Source of the DNA: Basidiobolus meristosporus CBS 931.73 | Lineage: Eukaryota > Fungi > Basidiobolomycota | Reading direction: 5' to 3' | DNA length: 64,000 nt | NCBI GenBank assembly: GCA_002104905.1 | Contig: MCFE01000475.1 | Location: 4,801-68,800, forward strand | In this document: piece after piece, positions 1-13,129 of the stretch | Layout of the letters: every line of letters starts with the position of its first letter | Position numbering within the stretch: position 1 is the first letter of the stretch | Program-made: the position numbers and the translations under genes | Notes under the pieces: model-generated | The model's database searches: none | What the model was told of the DNA's origin: nothing | What the model saw: the letters and a program-made list of their open reading frames with translations, nothing else

Positions 1-611
1 TCGAGGGTGCAGGCTAATATTACCGCAGTTTTTATCAAATGTCCCAACATTATGAGAAGTCGGCAGTCCGACCATCAAACCACCCTACCATGCTTTTGCC
101 GTCAATGTACGTAATTACCACCACATGTCCGGCATTTTCAACTGCTTTGCAAACTGTACGGTGCATGAAGCAGCTGGATCCGAATCATCTCAGTTAAACC
201 TGCTATGACCAAAATCCGGTTGATTGGGCCACGCTTTTTAGGGATTGACAACCCTCTTGTTGACAAATATGGGACTCGTGATTGCAAAGCAGCACGACTA
301 TACCCCTTTAGCCCCTAAAGTGTAAAGAAGACTTGGTTTGATAAGCAGGTTACAAAAACGTTGGAGATCAGTCAGGTATGACTGTGAGATCAACTCCTTG
401 ATATATATACTGTAATATATATGACTGTGGATCAACTCCACAGCGGAGTTCTGGAATTCAATCAATCCAATAGCCTCTTAACCAATCAGCCCGCGTAAAA
501 ACCAAGCCCGATTGTTTGCATCAAGTTCATACTCATGTTTCAAACCCTTCTTTCAAGGCTGAGTTTTCTCCACCAAAAATGTTGAACAGATTCACACTAG
601 ACCAGTGTCGA

Positions 612-1330
612 TCAACGAAGATTTCTCCACATTGTTCTACTAGCAGAAACTGAAAACACGTTCTTGAATAGCCCCATTTCGGTATTCGTCATGCCAAGAT
701 CAGTGTTGCCAGTAAAGCGATCGGGTAGGAATTTCTCCAGGTCTGGAAAATAGGACTTCTTGTTGTGTAACGGGAAGATGTTAATGGTGAGCTGAGAACG
801 TTCTGGGACATAGTAACCAGCAAGCATCGTGCCGCTACGTGCAGTTCGAAGATTAAGAGGTACACTGGGGGATTGGCGCATGGCCTCAGCCAGTACAGCA
901 TGTGTGTACTTGAGTTTGTTCATTTCTTCGTAATACGCTCAATAAAGAATCTATCCGAGATATCTCCGAAAACTGACTCGAGCTCCGCAAAAAGATTCCT
1001 CTCCACTTGACAGGACTAGTTGCCCGAGATGTGATGAGAATCGGCGGTTATCAGAACGTCAGTGTGCCTGTGTTGCCGAGGATTCATACAATCGAGGGAC
1101 CAACTTTAGGGTAAGTGAACGGGCCTCTGGAGAGCGGTTAATGACTACATGCTGAGTTTCTTTGGTATGTAGCACACTTGGAATCCAATCATTCACCGTA
1201 CCACTTTCACAATAATTATGGGACACGGACTTCAGGACAGAAAACTTTAGAAAAAGCAATATCGAAGTGGAATGCGGTCGTCAAGATTTTCCCATCCTCA
1301 TCCTCCAGGAAACTAATGATATGGATTTCA
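612..1330 (-). pseudogene. Cytochrome P450 pseudogene fragment
   Basis: ExxR motif (AEAMR), PDRF (PERF) motif, CYP4-like KILTTAFHFDI near 1260-1295 and QVERNLFAELESVFGD in another frame. The heme-binding FxxGxRxC region is degenerate and frameshifted (FSVSASR then QCG). Frames are broken. Confidence 0.75.
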
Positions 1331-3468
1331 AGACCTTGTGTGAGCAAGAATACAGAGTTGCCTGTGATCACATAGTCGAGGTACGGTCATCACTGATCCG
1401 CATATGCATGGGATGGTGATGCTTACCAATTCAACAGCTGCAAGAAATCTTGAGTGCCCTACGAGGATTGAGAACTTCAGATGCTGAAGTGGTGACCGGT
1501 AACAAGGGGAAGATCACTGTACTTTGCTGTTTGTTTGCTTCGCTTCTCTTGCTTGATTTACTCAATGCGAATTATTCCATACCACAAGAGGGTCGGTCTG
1601 GAAAAATGAAAACCATCCACCCAATTTGCCTATTGTCGGGGTCCAGTTTCGGGAGATCAAGTTCTCCAAGAAACGATCATAGCTCTATAGGAACCGAGAC
1701 TCACCGACCTAATCGCTGAACGCTAGCTCTCTGGTTGACCGCATCCTCCTGACTCACGCTCACAAGTAGCCCAGCCTTCGTCCTCAAACACCGTAGGTTT
1801 CAACCCGCCAATCTCCAAGGCAAACAAGGGGAGGCTATTGGGAAAAGTGCTCTCGGTACGTTCCCATTCCTCCTCAACTTGTTTGTGTCTTAGCAAATTC
1901 CCAGCCCAGGTTTTTCTGGGTGGGTACTTCTCTATGACCCAGGGACTGGTAACACCTTCGAACCTTCTCGAGTGCACTTTCAGTCTCTTCCCGTCGCATC
2001 TGCCGAAACGTAGAGTTGAACTTCACCAGGGATTTGAAGAGTATGTATAGTCGCATTATCACTAGCTTATTCCAAGGGCCTTGTGGTTGCAGTGTGGAAC
2101 CATGAGATCAGTTTTTAAGTCTTGCTACTATGCGGCATCTCTTTCGCCCTTTCTTAATGGAGGTCTTTTCCACACCTGTGCTTAATGGTTAGGTAACCCA
2201 GAGTTCTCCTGATCAGGCCCTTTAGTCAACCATGGATATGTAGTACAGATGATGTTGCCAATTATTGGAATTGCGACATATTTGGAATCTTCACTGCAAT
2301 TACTGGTGCTTGGATGGAATGGAATATGCTAAAATAGATCTAATAAAAGATTCTGCCTCTAATATCAAAATGATCTGCATACTCCTCTACTTGCAGTTTT
2401 GCTTGTGGTGAAAGTCCCATATAGCGAATATGTGTATAGTGGTGTGGTTCATCTGTATTTACATTTTGTAGAGTAAGATGTACAGTCATATAGTGATTTC
2501 TTTTGCAAGATTCTAGGCTGTGTTAGAAGTGATAAGGAGAACTACAAGAGTTGCATATGCAGTGTGCAAACTTTGGCGGCTTTTGGACAAGTCTGAAAAT
2601 ATAATACCTCCAGCCCTTCACCAATTCCAAGAATTAGCCAATAACTCACAAACCAAATCGTAAACAAGCAACTCATAACTTCGCAATAAGCCAAGTAGAA
2701 TCTCAAGGTATATGAATGGTGTAGATGTAAACTAAATGATTGTATTAATCTTAAGAGTATTGAGGTAACCCTCACCAGATTTCCTCAAATGTACAGCTGG
2801 GGGAATCTAGGAATACATGGATATTTTGCCCTAAGAAAACTACATATGCAATCAGCATGTGTTTTAACTTTACTTTAAAAAGCCTACTGAGCATCTAAGT
2901 ATGACAACACGGTGGGCAGCTATGTACTATTGATGATGCAGTATTTTGTTTACACCTTGACCATTTATATACCTCAAGATTCTACATAGCGTATTGCTCA
3001 ATTATGAGCTACTTAGCATTCAGTGTATAAGACACTTGAAAATCTTAGAATTTGTGAAGGCCTGGATGTTATGAAGATTACTCAAACTTGTACAAAACCC
3101 ACCACATTTAGCACACCACTTCTTGGGATTTTTCTCAAAACATCCTTGTCATTAGCTTTGCAAAGCTCTTCTGAAAGCAGAAATACTTTATTACAATAAA
3201 GCAACATGTATATATGATGCAGCATTTCTTGCACCCAAAGTCATTACTATTACTGCCTAGAATCTGATAACAATATAAGCAATTGAGATCTATGGTTGAT
3301 CGATATGAACGATTGTCCAACATTGGGTCAAAAATGGCCAAAAATCAACAAACCAATGCATATAATTATGTATTTGCTTTATTCTAAACAAGGAACCACA
3401 AAGTGTATTTATCGTCGCGTATATAACCAAGCACCACTAAATTAAGGATTGGTTATTAGTATGGATTG

Positions 3469-4355
3469 CTATTTGGCTGCTTGTGGAGCCTTGCTTAAGT
3501 GGAGAGCGAGAAAACAGCAGGCTGCAGCGAGGGTAACAAACCCTGAGAATAGTATTGGAGGAATGTACTCCATTTTACCGCCCCCAGCTGTACCCTTCAA
3601 AGCTGTGGCGATGGGTGTCCCTACTAGATTGCCGACTATTGTGGTAGCAAATACAAGACCTAGCGCATTTCCGAGCCGTTGAACACCTGAAAACCCTGTG
3701 AGTAGAGCTTCTCATTCTAGCATAGGCAAAGACTTACCAGTAATCTGCGCAGTCACTACGAAAAAGCCATACGCAAGAACAAAAATACACATAAGAGCAT
3801 AGTTATGAGCAAACGACCATAGCAACAGAATCGATATGCCTGCGAGGGAGGTACAACTGGTGATAGTGGCTGTATTCCCCAGTTTGTCGGCAACAAAGCC
3901 AAATATAATCCGGCCTACTGCATTTGCACCACTCATTAACCTACAAAGAGTCCACCAGCACCGGAGCCAAATCCGGCATAAGTGCAGTATTCTAGCAATG
4001 GAGTTAGTTTTGTGCTCATACATCGATACTGTAAACACTCACCTGGAGTTAGGAAAAACGGGATAACATAGGCGAAGTATTCGAAAAAGGCGGTGGTAAG
4101 CAAAATAACAAATCTCCTATCCTGAAGTGCGGAGAAATCTAGCTGGAATGGTCGCTTAGGTCTCTCAACACGTCCCTTGAGAAGAAATGCTGCGATAATT
4201 AGGAAAATAAATGCATGGATCGCAGAAATATTCCTAACGGTAGTAAAATTGCGCCTAACCCAACAAGCTTCCTTTGATTGGGCCCAGTAGTACGATCAGT
4301 GCGGTACCAACAGTACCCACCAACGCCAGGACAGAAATCGAGACGCTCTCTTTAA
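3469..4355 (-). pseudogene. MFS monocarboxylate-transporter (MCT/Mch-like) pseudogene, 5'-truncated and internally deleted
   Basis: GANAVGRIIFGFVADKLG, DFSALQDRRFVILL..YFAYVIPFFLTP and a last exon ..RLGNALGLVF..GNLVGTPIA..AK* (TAG 3469-3471), with GT-AG introns. There is a frameshift before LMSGANAVG, TM2/TM3 pieces are fused to TM6, and no N-terminus is found before the LTR at 4457. Confidence 0.75.
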
Positions 4356-4456
4356 CTAAGCAACCATATAGATAGCATAATCAGGAATATAAGCATCTAG
4401 CTATGTCTATTCCCTATATGTGGCCTCTTCTGTGCTTGTACCTGGACATTTGTATA

Positions 4457-4792
4457 TGTTGTAAAAATTCGGAATCCCACCTAAATATTCACCTAACTTA
4501 GTCACTTGGATCATTACCTACAAATCTCAGAGAATACTGACCAAATTCCCTGTTGGTATTTACTTAGAATATTTTCACCAAAACATCAGGTACCCAGAGC
4601 ATGAAAATTAGAGGAGTTCCCCAAACAGCCCCAAACTTTGCTTACATGTTCTTGGGACCTTCCCAAATATGCTTTGCCAAGACCATGTAAAAGTATAAAT
4701 ACTACTTTTACATTCAATAAATCATTAAGTGAAAACCACAAAATCTACTTGTTCTCCCAATCACATCCAATATCTCCAAGACCTGTACAACA
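4457..4792 (+). mobile_element. Diverged copia LTR followed by a decayed PBS
   Basis: TGTTG...CAACA, colinear with the LTR at 5370-5719. Followed by GGATAATGTGCCCC (degraded PBS) but no internal domain. Confidence 0.85.
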
Positions 4793-5017
4793 GGATAATG
4801 TGCCCCCATAGATTTCTGTCACTGGGACAAAAGCTAAAGTCTTTTCATAGATCTTCCATATGTAATTCATGATATATATTTTTCCCAAATATACTGTAGT
4901 TTATATATATATTGAACTGTAAGGAATCCCTACTGCCCAAACCTAGATGATTGATTATGAAAAGTCAAGCAATCAATGCACTTTAAATCTGACCATATAG
5001 TACCCAACACTAAATTG

Positions 5018-5349
5018 TGTTGTAAAAATTTGTATTTCCACCTAAATATTCACCTAACTTAGTCACTTAGATCATTACCTTCAAATCCTAGAGAATACTA
5101 ACCAAATTCCTTGTTGGGATTTACTTAGAATATTTACCCAGAACATGAAAATTAGATAAGTTGTCCAAACAGCCCCAAACTTTGCACACATGTTCTTGGG
5201 ACCTTTCTTAACCTATTCTACGTGTTTGTAATGCCAAGACCAGGTAAAAGTATAAATACTACTTTTACATTCAATAAATCATTAAGTGAAAACCACATTA
5301 TCTACTTGTTCTCCCAATCACTTCCAATATCTCTAAGACTCTTACAACA
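5018..5349 (+). mobile_element. Solo copia LTR
   Basis: TGTTGTAAAAATTTG...CTTACAACA, close to 5370-5719 with a short internal deletion. Flanks AATTG/AGTTG (4/5 TSD match). Confidence 0.9.
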
Positions 5350-5719
5350 AGTTGCAATCAACTTATAATTGTTGTAAAAATTTGTATTTCCACCTAAATA
5401 TTCACCTAACTTAGTCACTTAGATCAGCACCTTCAAATCCTAGAGAATACTGACCAAATTCCTTGTCGGGATTTACTTAGAATATTCTTCACCAAAATGC
5501 CAGGTACCCAGAACATGAAAATTCTCAAAGTTGTCCAAACAGCCCCAAACTTTGCACACATGTTCTTGGGACCTTCCTTAACCTATTCTACGTGTTTGTA
5601 ATGCCAAGACCAGGTAAAAGTATAAATACTACTTTTACATTCAATAAATCATTAAGTGAAAACCACATAATCAACTTGTTCTCCAAATCACTTCCAATAT
5701 CTCCAAGACTCTTACAACA

Positions 5720-5731
5720 GGTTATGAGCCC
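5720..5731 (+). promoter_or_regulatory. Primer binding site complementary to the tRNA-iMet anticodon arm (half-tRNA, Ty5/copia type)
   Basis: GGTTATGAGCCC directly abuts the LTR-terminal CA and is the reverse complement of GGGCTCATAACC in fungal initiator tRNA-Met. Confidence 0.85.
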
Positions 5732-5750
5732 CAAGCTGTCACTCTCTGCA

Positions 5751-8700
5751 ATGTCAACTACTGCTATTACTGGAATTTTTCCCTCTGCTGAAAAGTTGGA
5801 TGGATCTAACTACCAAGTGTGGAAGGTGAAGATGAAGATGCTGCTACAAGAAAGAGGCCTTTGGGATATTGTCATGGGAGAAGAATTCCCTCCTAAAAAC
5901 GTGGGAGAGGAAGCCTTGAAGTACCAGAAGAAAGAACAAAGTGCCTTTAACTGCATTTGCCTTAATGTCAAGGACAAATTGCTAATTCAATGCTCAAGAG
6001 CAAAAACGGCAAAGAATGCCTGGAAGGCATTAGAAGACACCTACTAGTCATGTTCAGCTGCCAAGAAAATGTATCTGAGAAGAAAATTCTTTGCTACAAA
6101 GATGCTGCCAGGAGAAGAAATGAAAAATCTAATTAACAGAATTACCCTGCTAGTAGATGAGATGGAATCTGTGGGCATACCAACTACTGATGAGGATGTG
6201 ATAGTTACCATCCTGAATAGCCTGACAGACAAGTTTCAGGGCCTTGTATCAGCCCTAGAGTCCAGAACTGAAGATTTGACCCTAAATTATGTATATGGAA
6301 GGCTCCTGGATGAAGAATTAAGAAAATCAAGTGCCAATAAGAAGGAAGAAGAAAATGCTTTAATAAGCAATGATAACCAACAAAGGAGGTACCCAAGACC
6401 CTACAAAGGCAACAGCAACCTATTTTGCAACTACTGCAAAAGGAAAGGACACACATCAGACCGGTGTTTCAAAAAGAGAGATTATCAGCAAAAGAAGCCT
6501 GAATATGGAAATGCTGCAACAACTGAAGATAGACTATTCATATCTGCACTAAATATGACCACAAACAAGGATTCTCAGATGTGGTATATTGACTCTGGAG
6601 CTTCTCAACACTTTACACACCAAAAAGAACTTTTTACCCAATATCAAGAAATTCCAATTAAGAAGGTTTTCATGGGTGACAATAGAACACTTGATGCAGT
6701 GGGAGAAGGAACTATCCAAGTAAACCTTAGAAGCAGTGAAGGAAGCCATACACTGACCTTTAAAGAAGTACTCTATGTACCAGAAATAGCCAAAAACCTA
6801 CTCTCTGTAAGCAAGGCCACAGCAGAAGGACTCAGTTTCAGTTTTGACAATTCTGGATGCAGGATCACTGATCAAAATGGTGCTCATATTGCTTTGGGCA
6901 TCAGAGATCAGAATCTATACAAGTTGACTTATATTCCATCATATCTGGAAGCCAATATAAGTAACTTAAATGAAGAAGCACCAATGCTTTGGCACAGGAG
7001 ATTAGGACACATCAATTTTGATTATTTGCATAAAATGATCAAAGATCAGCTAATTTCTGGAGTGAAAATTGATCCCCCAGCTAATTTGGAGCACTGTGAA
7101 GCCTGCATATATGGGAAACAAGCCAGACAACCGTTCAAGAGCTCTGGGTTAATCAAAACTAAGAAAAAATTAGATCTAATTCACTCAGATCTGTGTGGAC
7201 CTATGCAAAATTTATCCTTAGGCGGGATGAAGTATTTAATCACTTTTATTGATGATTATACAAGATACACATGGGTCTACTTCATGGAGAGAAAGGAAGA
7301 AGCTCTGTCTAAGTTCAGGGAGTTTAAAGCCATGGTGGAGAGAGAAACTGGTGAAAAAATCAAGAAAATACGCTCTGACAATGGTGGAGAATATACCTCA
7401 AAACTCTTCATCCACTTCTGCAAAATTCATGGGATAAAGCAAGAGACTACTGTACCATACTCCCCACAGCAAAATGGAGTAGCAGAACAAGCTAACAGAT
7501 CAATAATTGATATGGCAAGATCTATGATCCATGATCAAAAATTATCCTATGATTTTTGGGCGGAATCAGTTGCCACTGCTGTATATCTTAAAAATAGGAG
7601 TTATAACAGAATACTTCGTGATTCTACTCCACTTGAAGCATGGTATGGATACAGACCAAGTGCAGAACATCTAAGAATATTTGGGTGTACAGCATATGCC
7701 AAAAAACTGGCCGGAAATCAGTCAAAATTTGAGCCAAAAAGTGTAAAATGCATATTTTTAGGCTACTGCAATGAGAGTAAGGCATACAGACTCTACAATA
7801 CCGAAGCAAAGAAGCTGATCAAGTCCAGGGATGTGTTGTTTGATAAAAATTCAAAATTTTCACAAAAAATGACATCAGATGATGACGAAAATTTGATCTC
7901 AAGTCCACCAATTGTCAGGATTGAATCAGAGTAAAACAATGAAAATTTTTTCACTCCAGAGGACTCTACAACCGTGGTTCAGCCAGAATCAGTGCCCAGG
8001 AATATCCCAGAAGTGATCATTCCAGTATCAAATGCCCGGAGATCAAATCGGACAAGAAATAGCCCAAATTACTATATCAATGAGGGTACAAACTTAGCCT
8101 ATGCCTATTCAGTCCATATTGATGAACCCCAGACTGTAAAAGAGGCCCTAAATAGCCCTCAGACAAAGTTTTGGAGATCTGCAATGACTGAGGAATATCA
8201 GGCCCTGATGGAAAATCAAACTTGGGACTTAGTCTAATTACCAATCAACCAAAAATCAATTGGATGCAGATGGGTCTGCAAGACAAAATACAAGGCTGAT
8301 GGCACAATTGAAAGATACAAAGCAAGACTTGTAGCCAAAGGATACTCTCAAACAAAAGGACTTGACTATACTGAGACCTTTGCACCGGTAGCCAAGTTTA
8401 AATCCATCAGATTAATATTGGCTATTGCAGCCAAATATAAGTTTTTTATTCATCAAATGGATGTAAAAACTGCATTTTTGAATGGAGAACTTGATGAGGA
8501 CGTGTATATGGACCAGCCTGATGGGTTTGTTGACCAAAATAACCCCCATTTGGTCTGCAAGCTTAAAAAGTCACTCTATGGTCTCAAACAATCACCAAGA
8601 GCCTGGAATTGCAAGATAGATTCTTATTTGGAATCTTTGAGTTTCAAAAGGAGTAATGCTGACTATAGTATATACTATAAGCCAGATAGAGCAAGTCCAG

Positions 8701-9695
8701 TTCTATTAGCTCTATATGTGGATGATCTTATTATAGCCGCCAATAACCTAGAAACATTGGAAGAGACTAAATCCAGCCTATCTAAGGAGTTCAAGATGTC
8801 CGATCTAGGAGAACTTAGTTACTACTTAGGGATTAAGTTCTCCATAGACAGAAGTACCCAGACTATTACCCTAAGCCAATCCAAGTATATTCAAGATATA
8901 CTAAAGAAGTACAAAATGGAAGACTGTAAACCGGCAGCTACCCCAATGGAGACAAACCTTAACTTGATCAAAACTCAACCAAATCAAGAGAGCTTGGTGC
9001 CATCTGAAAGCCCTGACTTTCCTTATCAATCTATGGTCGGCAGTCTGATGTATATCATGCTTGGAACACGTCCAGATATCTCATATTCAGTGGGAGTTGT
9101 CAGCCAACATAATCAGAACTATGGATCTGATCATATTGCAGCAGTTAAGCGGATTTTTAGATACCTAAAAGGAACTGCTGATATCTGCTTAAGATACACT
9201 TATAAGGACTCAGAACAAGATCTTGTGGGATACTCTGATGCAGATTGGGGACAAAATTTGGAAGACAGAAGATCCACCACAGGATACACCTTTCTTTACT
9301 GTAAAGGAGCAATTTCATGGAATTCAAGAAAGCAACCAACCGTAGCACTTTCTACTACAGAGGCAGAGTATATGGCAGCCTGTGAAGCTACAAAAGAAGC
9401 AATGTGGTTAAGAAAGCTCTTTACAGATTTAGGCCTATGTCAAAAAACGCCTATTACTTTATTTCAAGATAATCAAGGATGTATACAATTAGGTAGAAAT
9501 CCAACTTTTCATGCTAGAACCAAGCACATAGATATTAGACATCATTTCATACGTGAAGCTATAGAGAATAACTTAGTTAGCTTAGTTTACTGTCCTACAG
9601 ATGAAATGATTGCAGACATATTTACCAAACCATTAGCTAGAGACAAGTTTGAATATCTTAGGTCAAAATTAGGACTAGTCAGTATGAACATTTAG
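5751..9695 (+). pseudogene. copia gag-pol polyprotein, one frame with 3 premature stops
   Basis: ORF pieces 5592/6069/7974/8418 share one frame. Motifs: CNYCKRKGHTSDRC knuckle, WYIDSGAS protease, LWHRRLGH..CEAC, HSDLCGP/RSDNGGEY integrase, QMDVKTAFLNG/YGLKQSPRAW/LYVDD RT, YSDADW/EAEY/ADIFTK RNase H. Stops at 6045, 7932 and 8235. Confidence 0.95.
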
Positions 9696-11169
9696 CTGAG
9701 TGGGAGTGTTGTAAAAATTTGTATTTCCACCTAAATATTCACCTAACTTAGTCACTTAGATCAGCACCTTCAAATCCTAGAGAATACTGACCAAATTCCT
9801 TGTTGGGATTTACTTAGAATATTTTTCACCAAAATGCCAGGTACCCAGAACATGAAAATTCTCAAAGTTGTCCAAACAGCCCCAAACTTTGCACACATGT
9901 TCTTGGGACCTTCATTAACCTATTCTACGTGTTTGTAATGCCAAGACCAGGTAAAAGTATAAATACTACTTTTACATTCAATAAATCATTAAGTGAAAAC
10001 CACATAATCTACTTGTTCTCCAAATCACTTCCAATATCTCCAAGACTCTTACAACAATAATCACACAACTGGCTAATGGAAGTTATTGTCAGTTAATATC
10101 ACTTGAGGAAAGCCACCAACAGTTTAGAAGAATCCTGTGAGTAATGAGGTGCCAATGTGCTATAAGATGTGATAATAAACCTGTGATACTCAATCTACTC
10201 CATAGCACTAATTGCTTCCAAGGTTAAAGTGGGTTTCTAGCATATAATGATAGATTCAATAACTGATCTTACTTTTGTTGTTTCTACACATTTGCAGCTG
10301 CAATCAGTATCTCAGGCCAATGCTGTGTACTCCAGTAAGGTTGACTCTGGGTTGACATTTATATATTTTCATGAGTTTCCTATGAGACATGGAATCCTTA
10401 CCTCTTCAGATTATTATATCATTGATCAACCAGCACCAGGTGTGCACCTTGAGCCATTTCAACACAACCATACCCATTGGTTTCAATGCCCCAAATATAT
10501 ACAGCTGATACAGTTCCAGACTGTATAGGCTGTTACAAGTTGCAAGAGTCATACAGATATTGGAGTTAGTTAGATGACCAAATAGATTACCTGGCTTTCA
10601 CTCAATGCTTTACTGAATGACAAAGCTACATTGATACTTATCCAGGATTATGGCAATCAGTCACATTCATTGTGCTTAGAAAGATTGTATTAATATCTGT
10701 ACAGAGCTGGAGCACATTGGCCTAACTTGTTAAGCTATACACTCTATTAACATGACTTTTGAGCAGATATATTTGAAGCAAATCATATTGTGAGTTTGGT
10801 TACTACCCTTATGTACTCCCGTAACTTGGTCACTTGTGTGTGCAAGTCTCAGAGTATTTGTTTAAGTACCTTGCTCAGATTTACCTGGAATGCTTCACCA
10901 AAACATCAACTATGGAGGACATTATATATTGAAAGGTTGTCCAGACACCTCCAAGCTCAACACAAGTACTCTTGCAACTTTGCCAAGAATATTTAAGTGC
11001 TTGTCTTATAAGGACTGTATAAATATAACAATGACACACATACTTTCAATTATTTGTCAGGCTGGAACCACAAAATGCACTGGTTGTTTCAGTCATTGAC
11101 AAATTCTCCAAAGCTCTCACAATAGGTGATGAACTGCAAGCTGTGACTGTCTGAAATGCCTGTTACTAG

Positions 11170-11467
11170 GATCACTGGAATGGTCTCCTCTGTCTGAAAG
11201 GTGAAGATGAAGATGATGCAACAGCAAAATGGCCTTTGAGATATGCTCATAGGAGAAGAATGTCCTCCTAAAGAATACTTGAGCAGAGATTGAGGGCTTT
11301 GGGACAACTTTGAGAATGATCATAATCCAAGTACCTGATAATTTGGTGAAAATATTCCAAGTAAATCCCAACAAGAAATTTGGCCAGGACAGAATGCTAA
11401 TCAGGGAATAAGATTTATGTAACTAAGTTAGCATGAATATTCAGGTGACAACTTAATAATTACAACA
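11170..11467. mobile_element. Rearranged copia relic: + strand gag fragment abutting a - strand LTR fragment
   Basis: The + strand reads KVKMKMMQQQNGL*DMLIGEECPPK, resembling gag KVKMKMLLQERGLWDIVMGEEFPPK. Positions 11298-11467 are the reverse complement of the LTR 5' half, ending TACAACA. Confidence 0.65.
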
Positions 11468-13129
11468 TATTAGCTATGTTGAGCTGTTAAGAAAATGTAT
11501 CTAAGACCAAAGTTCCCATGACTGAAGCTCCCAAAAAAGGTTATTGGTGCCAAAAAAGATCATCACAACAATCCCAATGACCTTAAAAATATTCATGATT
11601 TTGAGTTGATTAATTAATGCTAAAGTTGTAAGCTTAGGTATCATTGAGAGTGGTTGGAGAGACCTGCAAACCATCTGTGGCCTTTTGATGTTTGATTGTG
11701 CATATATAGAGCAACTCAAAGGAGATAGAGTTTTGGTATACTTTTGTCAGCTTGGTAAATATGGTAATAGTATAATTTTGTAAAAATATTTCTGGCAACT
11801 GTTTAGGTTTAATGGCAATAGCTGAACAATCTGGTTCTGGCCACAATTATTGCTGGCTTTACAGCTTGTAATACTTAGGACTTCAGACAGCTTTTCAGTA
11901 ATTTCTTCCTCTCACTGCTCCCACAACTCCCGCAAAAGAAATCTTGAAGCTCAATTTTTCAAGTCCAAGTTGGTTGATGCAGAGTTGAATTTAAATTTAT
12001 GTATGGACATCTCATTGATACATTTATGAAGGAAGGCAATGATAAATAAGTTCTTGATATGAGTAATCCTCAGTGGGATGACTGATGTATATCACAATTT
12101 TCAACAAAAATATTGAGCATGCAACTCTAACCTGTAGTGATTAGATTTGATGTCCACTGCTTTATCAATTAAGCTAATCATATATATTATTCCACTTTTC
12201 TGATATAGGATATACAAATGAGAAGCAGTGGCTATTGATTATGACTCAGAGTAGGTAACACTGTGCTTGCAAAACAGGTAAAAACTAATTATTTATCATC
12301 AACAGCTAGATGGATTTATATAGAGATAGTCCTGGGAGAAAAGCTGCCAAAAGAAGCTTCAATACTTGCTCAATAGCCTGTGTCATCCATGAAGGGACCA
12401 ATTGTTAGTGGCCATTTTAAAGAGTTTGATTTGTAGTGCTCAAGTAATTGCTAACAAAAACTATGAATTATACTCTGAAATACACCCTGCAATTGAGGGG
12501 ATTCTTCACCTGAAAGGTCTTGTTTATTGGACCTGTAATATCAGTATTTAGTTAGGACACTATAAGATGCTTTAACAGTGCTCTCTAAAGTCCATCTGTG
12601 TATGATAGATTTGCTCCTAACTTGTATGACGCATCAGCAATTTGAAATTAGTTCATAGACCTTTCTCTTGTGATATTTTAGGGTACAGCCCATTGTAACT
12701 CTTACTTCAGTCTACTTTCATTTCTGGCTAGTACAAGCTATGCTAGAGTCAAGAGACTTGCTCATAAAGTTTCATTGTACTGGTCATTCATTTTCTCTGC
12801 TTGGCTCTTTATATTCTTGATGGCATTGTGCTTTGTATGTAAATTGTATGTCAAAATGCTCTGTTTTGCCTGTTTTGAGCTTGACCAGATCTTTGAGTTC
12901 TTTAAGTTCCAGACATATGGTGACAAGGTAACTTAGGTGATCCATTGTTGTATACCAAGTACTACATAAAAGGAGGACTTCTGTGTTGCAAAGATAGCTT
13001 AGACACAATTGGCATGGAGGACTTGACATATGTGTTTATCCCATTAAAGTTTGGCTTTTCTGACATACTCCTAAAAGTTTTTGAGTACCTCTGTGGTATC
13101 ATGTATTCTAGGATGGTAAGTGGATACCA

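Larger units (their letters stand above)
5370..10056 (+). mobile_element. Full-length Ty1/copia LTR retrotransposon, inactivated by nonsense mutations
   Basis: 350-bp LTRs at 5370-5719 and 9707-10056 (4 differences by eye), perfect 5-bp TSD ATAAT (5365-5369 and 10057-10061), PBS, PPT GCTGAGTGGGAG at 9696-9706, and copia domain order gag-PR-IN-RT-RH. Confidence 0.97.

Noticed and set aside
1450-2062. Overlapping 60-90 aa ORFs upstream of the P450 fragment
   Set aside because: No recognisable motif. It may hold the decayed P450 5' end but this cannot be supported.
5592-5750. ORF-track N-terminal extension of gag (MFVMPRPG..)
   Set aside because: It lies within the LTR and PBS and starts at GTG. 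ATG 5751 is the plausible start.
6045-6047. TAG between gag and pol as a programmed readthrough site
   Set aside because: It falls in mid-gag, the sister copy has CAG there, and two further stops follow.
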